From contig NC_086104.1 in assembly GCF_963921235.1 (NCBI RefSeq), forward strand, positions 3,348,001-3,412,000: DNA of 64,000 bases, written 5' to 3'. The translations under genes and the position numbers were made by a program. The notes under the pieces were generated by a model. It ran no database searches. It was not told the DNA's origin and saw only the letters and a program-made list of their open reading frames with translations. This DNA comes from Mobula hypostoma (taxonomy: Eukaryota). Shown one piece after another: positions 49,683 through 61,299 of the stretch (positions within the stretch are counted from its first letter, which is position 1; every line of letters starts with the position of its first letter).

Positions 49683-49765
49683 GGGTGTGAAGTGACAATC
49701 TTCTCCCTTACAGGTGCAGACAAACCTGTCCTTATCCAGTCCCCGAGCATACAGCGTGTCACTGA
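49683..49765 (+). pseudogene. Duplicated stub of the V2 splice acceptor and first ~17 codons
   Basis: gaagtgacaatcttctcccttacag|gtgcagacaaacctgtccttatccagtccccgagcatacagcgtgtcactga copies 49880-49955 at a 190-nt offset, then runs to a stop at 49848-49850. Confidence 0.9.
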
Positions 49766-49903
49766 ACTCTGTAAACTCGGGAACAGCTGGAACATAATAT
49801 TAATATCAGAAGCAATAAAGTGTTTGAGACTTTCACAAGAGGTCATGTAACAAAAGATGTCTGCTTCAAGCTGGGGTTGAAGTGACGATATTCTCCCTTA
49901 CAG

Positions 49904-50248
49904 GTGCAGACGTTCCTGTCCTTATCCAGTCCCCGAGCGTACAGCGTGTCACTGAGGGTCACACGGCGTGGTTATGGTGTACCATGAGCAAAGCCAGGCT
50001 GGAAGACACCGACGTCCACTGGTATCGGAAACTACCTGGGCAGGACATGGAGTGGGTTTTAAAACACAGGGCAGGAGGCAGCCCAGAGTGGGGACGGGGT
50101 TTCACTGAGAGGTTCCAGTCCTACAGAGACACGTCCAACAGCAGCTTCACCCTGACAGTCACAGACGTGGTGCACAGTGATTCTGCCGTCTATTACTGCA
50201 GAGTGTGGGGAGACATCGATGGGAACGGCACCCAGCTCATCGTAACCA
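49904..50248 (+). CDS. Exon 3: V-set Ig domain 2 with germline-fused J-like segment
   Basis: Acceptor ttctcccttacag|, donor A|GTGAGT, 345 nt, phase 1-1, open frame. Motifs VLIQSP, LWC, VHWYRKLPGQDMEWVL, RFQSYRD, FTLTVTDV, DSAVYYC and WGDIDGNGTQLIVT. Linkage to V1 is inferred from phase and from the absence of another visible leader. Confidence 0.93.
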
Positions 50249-50644
50249 GTGAGTACAAGTTCTATTTATTCAGCAGTGTGTTCCTGCATTGGGAGTTATT
50301 CCACCACCACTCACTTCCCGTGGCTGGGCACATTGTACTGAAGAACACACAGTGTAATACTGGAGCCCCATCACTGGGACACGATCCAGAGCACTGTGGC
50401 CCCTAACTCATGGGTGGGGAGCACAACATGGTGACTGATCGTCTGCTCTGTGTGTCCAGTTGGATATTTGAAAATAAATGTCAATGTGGAGTGTGTTATC
50501 ACAGGAGAGAAAAGGAGAAACTGTTCAGTGTTCAGAGTCATAGATCAGACTCTCTTAAATCTAAAACACCTCCCTCAATAGTGCCTATAAATGCAGAATT
50601 CAAAACATAAAATGATAAAACTCAGTTGACACCTTTAAACACAA

Positions 50645-51590
50645 GCACAAACCCTTACCTACCACCCCACCAGCCTCCAGATTCAGCACATTATCCTCCT
50701 CAACTTTCGCCACCTTCAACAGGACCCCACCACTAAGCACATCTTTCCTTCTCCACCCCCTCCGCTTTCCGCAGGGATCGGTCCCTCCGCGAGTCCCTTA
50801 TCCGCACGTCCATCCCCACTGATCTCCCACCCGGCACTTATCCCTGTAAGCGTAAGTACTACACCTGTCCCTACACCTCATCTCTTGCAACCATTCAGGG
50901 CCCCAAACAGTCCTTCCAGGTGAGGCAACACTTCACTTGTGAGTCTGTTGGGGTCATCTATTGCATCCGGTGCTCCCGGTGCGGCCTCCTCTACATCGGT
51001 GAAACATGACGCAGATTGGGGGACTGCTTCATCGAGCACCTCCACTCCGTCCGCCACAACAGACAGGATCTCCCAGTAGCCACCCACTTCAACTCTGCTT
51101 CCCATTCCCATTCAGATATGTCCATACATGGCCTCCTCTACTGCCATGATGAGGCTAAACTCAGATTGGAGGAGCAACACCTCATATACCGTCTGGGTAG
51201 TCTCCAGCCCCTTGGTATGAACATAGAATTCTCCAACTTCCGGTAATTCCCTCCCCCTCCCTTCCTCTATCCCTATTTCACTCTACCCCCTCCCCCAGCT
51301 CCCTCATGGTTCCGCCTCCTTCTTCTACCACCCATTGTTTTCAGGGCTATGATGTCAATGCTTCCCCTCCCCCACCCCTTTGTCTTTCAAATTACTGGTC
51401 TGTCAACTGAAGCTACAAGGATTCTTCAAGTCCTTCCCCATCTTTCATTCTTCAGTCCTGACGAAGGGTTCCGGCCCGAAACGTCGAGTCATCATTTCTA
51501 GCTGATGCTGCCCGACCTGCTGAGTTCATCTAGCGTACTGAAAGTGTTGCTTTGATCACAGCATCTGCATATTATTTTATGTGTGAGATG
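50645..51590 (+). mobile_element. Penelope-like element 3' part: GIY-YIG endonuclease remnant and hammerhead motif (51452-51492)
   Basis: GVIYCIRCSRCGLLYIGET*RRLGDCFIEH...VATHFN...LEEQHLIYRLGSLQPLGMNIEF (about 50950-51246). CTGACGA at 51458-51464 and GAAACGTC at 51478-51485. Confidence 0.92.
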
Positions 51591-51599
51591 TGGGACATT

Positions 51600-51795
51600 T
51601 GAGAGACTTTGAACTTTTTACTGTGCCATGGACTGTTCTTCATCAAGTTATGGTATTGTTGCACTGTTATATGTTATAATTATGTGGTTTTGTTAGTTTT
51701 TCCAGTCTTGGTCTGTCCTGTGTTTTGTGATACCACACTGGAGGAAATATTGTATCATTTCTTAATGCATGCATTACTAAATGACAATAAAAGGG
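51600..51795 (+). mobile_element. 3' end of the same non-autonomous family as 2171-2410
   Basis: Similar to the reverse complement of 2190-2400; ends at AATAAA. Confidence 0.75.
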
Positions 51796-51889
51796 CTTAT
51801 ATGGAAGGCAGGGTTTGATGGTCAGCACAACATTGTGGGCCGAAGGGCCTGTAATGTGCTGTACTATTCTATGTTATGTTCTATGTTCT

Positions 51890-53775
51890 ATCACTCCCCA
51901 GACAAAGCACTAGAAGAATGCAAATCATAGTCATGGTCGACTTCAATGCAAAAGTTGGTGAGGGAAGAGGAGACCATATTTTTGGAGACCAGGGATTGGA
52001 AGAAAGAAATGAAAGAGGAGAAAAGCTTATATCATGCTGTAAAACAAACAATCAGATAATCACCAACACTTGGTTTAAACAACATCCAAGAAAGTAAACA
52101 ACATCCACAGTAAGATTAAAGAACTAATGGGGAAATTACCTTGCTCAGCAAGTGGATGCATCAAGGCAAAAGATGACAGCTTAGTTATGAACAAAGAAGA
52201 AATCCTAATCAGTTGGACAGAATATATAAAAGGACTTTTTGAAGACCAAAGAGGAGAAAAACTGAATATAAAGAAGAATTTTGAAGGACCTAGCATTCTA
52301 AAATCAGAAATTCGAGCAGCCATAAATAAAACAAAACATAACAGAGCAACTGGTCCAGACAACATTGCGTTTGAAATGATACTGGCCTTAGAAGATTTTG
52401 GAATAGAGAAAATAACAGAAATAGCAAATGAAATCTATGATCATGGGGAGATACCTGATGATTTAAGTAAATCAGTGTTCATCACAGTTCCTAAGAAAGA
52501 GGGAGCAACAGAAAGTGAGTTACATCGTACAATAAGCCTGATGAGCCAGAGTAATCATGATGAGAGCAAGACGCTGTATAAAACCAGAAATCAGTAAAGA
52601 ACAATGCAGCTTTGTGGAAAACACTGGAACCAGATATGCAATTTTCATGCTACGGAAGATCACTGAACGAGTCATCCAGGTACAAAAAGACATCTACCTA
52701 TGTTTCATCGACTATACAAAAGCTTTTGACACTGTAAGGCAGCAAGATCTTCTGGATATGTTTCAAGATCTTGACATAGATGGGAAAGATATATGTTTCT
52801 TAAGAAACTTATACTGGGACCAGACAGCATCCATCAGAATAGAAGGAGAAGTGAGTGAGTATGTGAATATCATGAGAGGAGTCAGGCAAGGTTGTGTCTT
52901 TTCGCCAGACTTATTCAACCTGTATAGTGAAAATATCTTGAGAGGTATCAAAGACATCAAAGGATTCACAATTGGAGGCCATAATATAAATAACATCAGA
53001 TATGCTGATGACATCATACTAATAGATGACTTAGAAACAAAACATCTGGAACTACTCACTATAGTGGCAGCAGAAAGTGATCGCAGAGGCCTCTCAATCA
53101 ACACTAGGAAGGCAGAAAGCATGGTCATCTCCAGAAAGACAAACATCCCACAATGGGTGATCAAGATCAGAAATACAAACATCAAACAAGTCAACAAGTT
53201 CATATATCTTGGCAACCTAATAACAAGTAATGGCAGGTGCGACACATATCAAATACAGAATAGCAATGGCGAAAGAAGCTTTCCAAAAAACAAAGACCAT
53301 ATTAACAGACAGAAAGATGAGCACGTACACTAAAAACAGAATACTGCAGTGCTACATTTATTCTATCCTGACTTATGGAAGTGAATGCTGGACCATTTCT
53401 CCAGCAATGGAAAAGAGACTAGAAGCAGCTGAATTATGGTTCTACGGGAGAATGTTAAAAATATCATGGACCACACACACATCAAATGAAAAAGTTCTCA
53501 GAAGAGCCCAAGCAGTTAGATCACTCATACCAACAATAAGAGAAAGACAACTCAGATTCCTAGGACACATCATACAGAAAGTTGAACTAGAAAAACTCAT
53601 ACTCTCTGGAAAGATCGAGGGGAGCAAACCTAGAGGAACACTTCGGCTTATGTACAGCAAAAGCCTAGCCAGGTGGTTACACATCAAGGAAATGGAAGTC
53701 ATCCACAGAACGAAGGATAGATCTATATAGAAAACCATGGTCACCAACGTCTGCATTGGATATGGTTCCTCAGCA
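51890..53775 (+). mobile_element. RTE-clade LINE, 5'-truncated and internally deleted
   Basis: EN fragment VDFNAKVG...NERGEKL...NTWFKQHP, then RT FIDYTKAFDTV, GVRQGCVFSP.LFNLYSE, INNIRYADD, C-terminal ILTYGSECWT, and a (CAGA)n tail. Confidence 0.93.
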
Positions 53776-53784
53776 GACAGACAG

Positions 53785-54625
53785 AAGAGTGAGCTGAAAG
53801 ATGGCAGATGGAGTTTAATGCTGATAAATGTGAGGTGCTACATTTTGGAAGGACTATTCAAAATAGGACGTACATGGTGAATGGTAGGGCATTGAAGAAT
53901 GCAGTAGAACAGAGGGATCTAGGAATAATGGTGCATAGTTCCCTGAAGGTGGAATCTCATGTGGATAGAGTGGTGAATAAAGCTTTTGGTATGCTGGCCC
54001 CTATAGATCAGAGCATTGACTATAGAAGTTGGGATGTAATGCTGAAATTGTATAAGGCATTGATGAGGCCAAATTTGGAGTATTGTGTACAGTTTTGGTC
54101 ACCAAATTATCGGAAAGATGTCAATAAAATAGAGGGAGTACAGAAAAGATTTACTAGAATGTTATCTGGGTTTCATCACCTAAGTTACAGAGAAAGGTTG
54201 AACAAGTTGGGTCTTTATTCTTTGGAACGTAGAAGGTTGAGGGGGGACTTGATAGAGGTATTTAAAATTATGAAGGGGATAGACAGAGTTGACATGGATA
54301 GGCTTTTTCCATTGAGAGTGGGGGAGATTCAAACAAGAGGACATGAGTTGAGAGTTAAAGGGCAAAAGTTTAGGGGTAACATGAGGGGGAACTTCTTTAC
54401 TCAGAGAGTGGTAGCTGTGTGGAACGAGCTTCCAGCAGAAGTGGTTGAGGCAGGTTCGATGTTGTCATTTAAAGTTAAATTGGACAGCTATATGGACAGG
54501 AAAAGAATGGAGGGTTATGGGCTGAGTGCAGGTCGGTGGGACTAGGTGAGAGTAAGAGTTCGGCATGGACTAGAAGGGCCGAGATGGCCTGTTTCCGTGC
54601 TGTAATAGTTATATGGTTATATGGT
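53785..54625 (+). mobile_element. CR1 3' fragment
   Basis: Open 245-aa ORF 53808-54545 (DKCEVLHFG...RGNFFTQRVV) and a (TATGGTTA)n tail. Confidence 0.92.
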
Positions 54626-54629
54626 TATA

Positions 54630-56660
54630 TAGGAACAGAAGAAGGCCATTTGCCCCCATCAAGTCTGCTCCGCCATTCAATCATGGGCTGATCCAATTCT
54701 TCCAGTCATCCCCACTTCCCTGCTTTCGCCCCATACCCTTTGATGCTCTAGCTATGCATGAACCTATCTATATCTACTTGGCCTCCCCAGCTGCTCGTGG
54801 CAACGAGTTCCATAGATTTGCCACCTCTGACTAAAGTAATTTCTCTGTATTTCAGTTCTAAGTGGATGTCCATCAATCCTGAACCCGTGCCCTCTTGTCA
54901 TAGAATCCCCTACCATGGGAAATAACTTTGCCGTATCTAATCTGTTCAGGCCTTTTAACATTCAGAATGTTTCTATAAGATCTCCCCTCAATCTACTGAT
55001 CTCCAGGCAATACAACCCAAGAGCTGCCAGACATTCCTCATATGGTAACTCTTTCATTCCTGGAATCATTCTTGTGAATCTTCACTGAACTCTCTCCAAT
55101 GTCAGTAAATCCTTTCTAAAATAAGGAGACCAAATCTGCACACAATACTCCAAGTGTGGTCTCACGAGTGCCTTATAGAGCCTCAACATCACATCCCTGC
55201 TCTTATATTCTATACCTCTAGAAATGAATGCCAACGTTACATTCGCCTTCTTCACAACCGACTCAACCTGGAGATTTATCTTTAGGGTATCTTGCACAAG
55301 AACTCCCAAGTCCCTTTGCATCTCTGCATTTTGAATTCTCTCCATATCTAAATAATAGTCTGCCTGTTTATTTCTTCCACCAAAGTGCATGACCACACAA
55401 TTTTCCACTTTGTATTTCATTTGCCACTTCTTTGCCCATTCCCAAACTATCTAAGTCTCTCTGCAGGCTCTCTGTTTCCTCAACACTACTCACACCTCCA
55501 CCTATCTTTGCATCATCGGCAAAGTTAGCCACAAGTCCATTAATACAGTAGTCCAAATCATTGACATACATCGTAAAAATCAGCAGTTCCAACACCGACC
55601 CCTGTGGAACTCCACTGGTAACTGGCAGCAAGCCAGAATAGGATCACTTTATTCACACTTCCTGTTTTCTGCCGACCAGCAAATGCTCCACCCATGCTAG
55701 TAACTTCCCTGTAACTCCATGGGCTCTTATCTTGCTAAGCAGCCTCATCTGTGGCACCTTGTTAAAGGCCTTCTGAGAATCCAAATACACCACGTCTACT
55801 GCATCATTTTTGTCTACCCTACTTGTAATTTCCTCAAAGAATTGCAGTAGGTTTGTCAGGCAAGATATTCCTTTCAGGAAACCACGCTGGCTTTGGCCTA
55901 AATGTCACGTGGCTCCCGGTTTTCTGTAATCTCATCCCCAGCAATTGATTCCAACAACTTCCCAACTACCGATGTCAGGTTAACACGTCTGTAGTTTCCT
56001 TTCTGCTGCCTCCCACCCTTCTTAAATCACGGAGTAACATTTGCAATTTTCTGGTCATCCGGTACAATGCCAGAACCTATCAGTTTTTGAAAGATCATCG
56101 TTAATGCCTCCACAATCTCTCCAGCTACTTCCTTCAGAATCCGAGGGTGCATTCCATTAGGTCCAGGAGATTTATCCACCCTCAGAACATTAAGCTTCCC
56201 GAACACCTTCTCAGTCGTAAATTTCATTGCACATTCTTCACTTCCCTGACACTCTAGAATTTTCAGTGTACTGCAAATGTCTTCCACTGTGCAGACCGAT
56301 GCAAAATACACATTCAGTTCCTCTGCCATCTCTGCATCTCTCATTACGATATCTGCAGCATCATTTTGTATTGCTCCTATATCTACCCTCAACTCTCTTT
56401 TACCCTTTATATACTTAAAAAAGCTTTTCATATCTTCTTCGATATTAGTCGCCAGCTTCCTCTCATAATTCATCTTTTCCTTCCTAATGACCTTCTTAAT
56501 TTCCTTATGCAAGTTTTTAAAAGCTCCCCAATTCTCTATCTTCCCACTAGCTCTGGTTTCTTTGTATGCCATCTCTTTTGCTTTTACTCTGGCTCTGACT
56601 TCACTTGTCAGCCACAGTAGTGTCCATCTTCCCTTTGAAAATTTCTTTTTATTTGGAATG
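54630..56660 (-). mobile_element. Decayed CR1 ORF2
   Basis: ORFs 54764-56572 carry CR1 RT motifs; same subfamily as 19996-22900. Confidence 0.9.
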
Positions 56661-56779
56661 TAATAATAATTATTATTATTTAATTTTTCTCAGCTCAAGC
56701 TGGTAAAACCTGAGGTACGGGCATATCCAAGCAAGGTAATTTCTCAATTGCAAGGAACTATCAGACTATTCTAGTGGTA

Positions 56780-59555
56780 TTTAATAGAACATAGAACATA
56801 GAAATTTACAGCACATTACAGGCCATTCAGCCCACTATATTGTGCCGACCATGTAACCTACTCTAGAGACTGCCTAGAATTTCCCTAGCGCATTGCCCTC
56901 TATTTTTCTAAGCTCCATGTAGAGGCTCTTAAAAGACCCTATAGTCTCCACACACCCACCACTCTCTGTGTGAAACACTTACCCCTGACATCCCCTCACT
57001 ACCTATTTCCAAGCACCTTAAAACTGTGCCCCCTTGTGATAGCCATGTCAGCCCTGGGAAAAAAGCCTCTGGCTCTCCACATGATCAATGTCTCTCATCA
57101 TCTTATACACTTCAATCAGGTCACCTCTCATTCTCCATCGCTCCAAGGAGAAAAGGCCAAGTACACTCAAACTGTTCCCATAAGGTATGCCTTCCAATCC
57201 AAGGCAACATCCTTGTAAATCTCCTCTGCACTCTCTCTATAGTATCCACATCCTTCCTGTAGTGAGGCGACCAGAACTGAACACAGTACTCCAAGTGGGG
57301 TCTGACCAAGGTCTTATATACCTGAAACATTACCTCATGGCTCTTGAACTCATTCCCATGGTTGATGAATGTCAACACACCATACCTCTTCTTAGCAACA
57401 CTGTCAACCTGCTTTGAGTATTTTATGGACGTGGACCCCAAGATCTTTCAGATCCTCCACACTAACCATTTATATTATATTCTGTTTTCAAATTGGACCT
57501 ATCAAAATGATTAACTTCACACTAATCTGGGTTAAAGTCCAACTGCCACATTTTAGCCCAATTCTGCATCCTATTGCTGTCCCTCTGACAACTCTCCAGG
57601 TATCCACAGCACCCCCAATCTTTGTGTCATCAGCAAACTTACTAACCCAACCTTCTACTCCTTTATCCAGGTCATTTATAAATATCACAAAGAGGAGGGG
57701 TCCCAGCGCAGATCTCTGCAGACACCACTGGTCACTGACTTCCATGTAGAGTGCGAATCACCTACAACCACCCTTTGCCTTCTGTGGCCAAGCCAATTCA
57801 GGATGCACAAAGCAAGGTCTCCTTGGATCCCATGCCTCCTTACTTCCTGAAGGACCCTTGCATGGCAAACTTTATCAGATACCTTCTGAAATTCATATAC
57901 ACCACATCCACTTCATCACTTTCACAACCTTCATCAATGTGTTTTGTTACATCCTCAAAGAATTTAATCAGACCCGTAAGGCATGACCTGCCCTTGACCA
58001 AGCCATGCTGACTATCCCTAATCAGACTATCTCTCTCCAAATACTCATGAATCCTGCCTCTCAGGATCTTCTCCAATAACTTGCCCACCACTGAATTCAG
58101 ACTCACTGGTCTGTAATTTCCTGTGTTATCACCACTCTCTTTCTTGAACAAAGGAACAACATTTGCAACCCTCCAATCCTCCGGTAGTTTTCTTGAACCT
58201 ATTGATGATACAAAGATCATCACAAGAGGCCCAGCAATCTCCTCCTTCACTTCCCACAGTAACCTGTGGTATATCTCATCCGGTTCCAGTGACTAATCTA
58301 ACTTAATGCTTTTCAAAAGCTCCAGCACATCCTCTTTCTTAATGTCTATACATTCACGCATTTCAGTCTGCTGTAGGCCATCTTTACCATTACCAAGGTC
58401 TTTTTCCCTGGTGAACACTGAAACAAAGTATTCATCAGTACCTCCACTATCTCCTCTGACTCCATGCAAACATTTCCACTATCGCACCTGATTGGTCCTA
58501 TTCTCACATGTCTCATCCTCTCGCTCTTCACATACCTGTAGAATGCCTTGGGGTTTTCCTTAATCCTGCTCACCAAGGCCTTCTCAAGGTCCCGTCTGGC
58601 TCTCCTAGTTTCATTCTTAAGCTCCTTCCTAGCAACCATGTAATTTTCTGGAGCTGTAACTGTACCTTGCTTCTTGAACCTTTCATAAGCTTATCTTTTC
58701 TTCTTAACTAGAATTTCTTCATACTTTGTACACCATGATTCTTTAACTCCACCATCCTTTCACTGCCTCAATGGAACATACCTATTTCAGAATTCCACGC
58801 AAATGTCTGCCGTGCATTTCCCTGAGAACATCTGCTCCCAAGTTCCTGCCTAATAGCATCAGATTTCCCCCTACTGCAATTAAGTGTTTACCCAAATTGT
58901 CTGCTCCTGTCCTTCTCTGGCACTGTAGTGAAGGAGATAGAGTTGTGGTCACTACCTCCAAAATGCTCTCCCACCGAGAGATCTGACAGCTGACCAGGTT
59001 AATTTCCCAATACCAGATCAAGTACAGCCTCTCCTCTTATTGGCTTATCTACATATTGCGTCAGGAAACCTTTCTAAACACACTTAATAAACTTCACCTC
59101 ATCTTAACCCCTTGCACTAAGGAGATGCCAACCGATATTAGGAAAGTTAAAATCTCCCATCTGCTTCCCTATCTGTTCATCCATATCCCTGTTACTATTG
59201 GGGTCTATAAAAACACCCAGTAGAGTTATATTGACCCTTTCCTGTTTCTGATTTCCACTCACACTGACTCAGTAGACCATCCCTCCATGACTTCCTCCTT
59301 TTCTGCAGCCGTGATACTATCTCTAATTAGCAATGCACCACCCCCACCTCTTTTGCCTCCCTCTCTGTTCTTTTTGAAACATCTAGCCCGGCACACTCAG
59401 CAACCATTCCTGCACCAGAGACATCCAAGTCTCTGTAATGGCCACAATGTCATATGTCCATGCATTGATCCACACTCTAAGTTCATCCACCTTGTTTATG
59501 ATACTCCTTGCATTAAACAGATACTTCTCAAACCATCAGTCTGAGTCCATCTTCG
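56780..59555 (-). mobile_element. Decayed CR1 ORF2
   Basis: ORFs 57121-59021 (FADD, QHGLVKGRSC) and a (TATGTTC)n tail. Confidence 0.88.
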
Positions 59556-59574
59556 CTCTAATATCAGCCTATCC

Positions 59575-61230
59575 TTGTTGTAGTTTCTGAAAGAAGAGAA
59601 GTGGGCGCAGTTACTATTACAAGAGAGAAGGTGCTCAAAAAGCTGAAAGACCTAGAAATACATAAGTCACCCGGACAAAATGAACTCCATCCTAGAGTTC
59701 TGAAAGAGTTAGCATTAGAGATTGTGGTGGCATTGAAATGATCTTTCAAAAATCATTGGTGCCAGAGGACCAGAAAATTGCAAATGTCACTCCACTCTTT
59801 AAGAAAGCAGGAAGGCAACAGAAAGGAAATTATAGACCAGTTAGCCTGACCTCAGTGGTTGGGAAGATGTTAGAGTCAATTGTTAAGGATGAGGTGATGG
59901 AGTACTTGGTGACACAGGACATGATAGTACAAAGTCAGCATGGTTTCCTTCTGGGAAAACTTGTCTGATGAACCTACTGGAATTCTTTGAGGAGATTACA
60001 AATAGGAGAGATAAAGGGGATGCAGTGGATGTTGCATATTTGGACTTTCAAAAGGTCTTTGTCAAGCTGCCACACATGAGGCTGCTCACCAAGTTAAGAA
60101 CCCATAATATTACAGGAAAGTTACTAACATGGTTAGGGCATTGGCTGATTGGTAGGAGGCAACGAGTAGACATAAAAGGATCCTTGTCTGGTTGACTGCC
60201 AGAGACTAGTGGTGTTCCGCAGGGGTCAGTGCTGGGACCACTTCTTTTTATACTGTACATATATAAATGATTTAGATGATTGAACAGTTGGCTTTGTTGC
60301 CAAGTTTGTAGATGATATGAAGATTGGTGGAGGGGCAGGTAGTATTGAGGAAACAGGTAGGATGCAGAAGGACCTAGACAGATTCGGAGAATGGGCAAGA
60401 AAATGGCAATTGAAATACAATGTTGGAAAATGCATGGTCATGCACTTCGTTAGGAGAAAAAAATGTGTGGACTATTTTCTAAATGGAGAGAAAATCCAGG
60501 AATCTGAGAGGCAGAGGGACTTGCGAGTCCTTGTGCAGAATACCCTGAAGGTTAACTTGCAGGTAGAGTCAATGGTGAGGAAAGAAAATGCCATATTAGC
60601 ATTCATTTGAAGAGGTTTAGAATACAAGAGCAGGGATGTGATGCTGAGGCTTTTCAAGGCACTGGTGAGGCCTCACCTTGAGTATTGTGAATAATTTTGG
60701 GCCTCTCATTTTAGAAGAGATGTGCTGGTATTCAAGAGGGTCCAGAGGAGTTTCGCAAGGATGATTCCAGGAATGAAAGGGTTATCATACGAGAAATATT
60801 TGATGGCTTTGGGTCTGTACTCGCTGGAATTCAGTAGGATGGGGGAGGATATCATTGAAACCTTTTGAATGTTGGAAGTTCTAGACAGAGTAGATGTGTA
60901 AAGGATGTTTCCCATGCTGGGGGAGTCTAGGACAAGAGGGCACAGCTTCAGGAGAGTGGGGCGCCCTTTCAAAACAGAGATGCAAAGAAATTCCTTTCCC
61001 CAAATGGTGGTGAATTTGTGGAATTTGTTGCCACATGCCACAGCTGTGGAGACCAGGTCATTGAGTGTATTTAAGGCAGAGATTGATATGTTATTGATTG
61101 GACATGGTATCAAAGGTTACAGGAAGAAGGCCGGGTACTGGGGTTGAGGAGGAGACTAAAAAAGGATATCAATCATAATTTAATGGTGGAGCAGACTCGA
61201 TGGGCCAGATGGCCTAATTCTGCTCCTTTG
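59575..61230 (+). mobile_element. Decayed CR1 ORF2 3' half
   Basis: ORFs 59738-61147 carry GNYRPVSL, YLDFQK and C-terminal motifs. Confidence 0.88.
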
Positions 61231-61299
61231 TCTGCTGGTCCCTGTAAGCTGCCTCTACTTGTGCTCCAACTTCCCCATCCTCTGTCTCTTCACTTTGGT

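Noticed and set aside
50173-50211. Perfect RSS heptamer CACAGTG inside V2 FR3 (others at 30228, 50348 and in the 83-bp repeat)
   Set aside because: No ACAAAAACC-like nonamer at 12 or 23 nt spacing in any case, and the V2 one lies upstream of the YYC codons. Treated as chance matches.
34321-50248. Reading V1 and V2 as rearranging TCR-gamma, Ig lambda, IgNAR or NAR-TCR V segments
   Set aside because: Both already contain the G strand and a splice donor, lack RSS, and no D/J cluster is present. A germline-joined Ig light chain would have a single VJ before C. No gene symbol was assigned.
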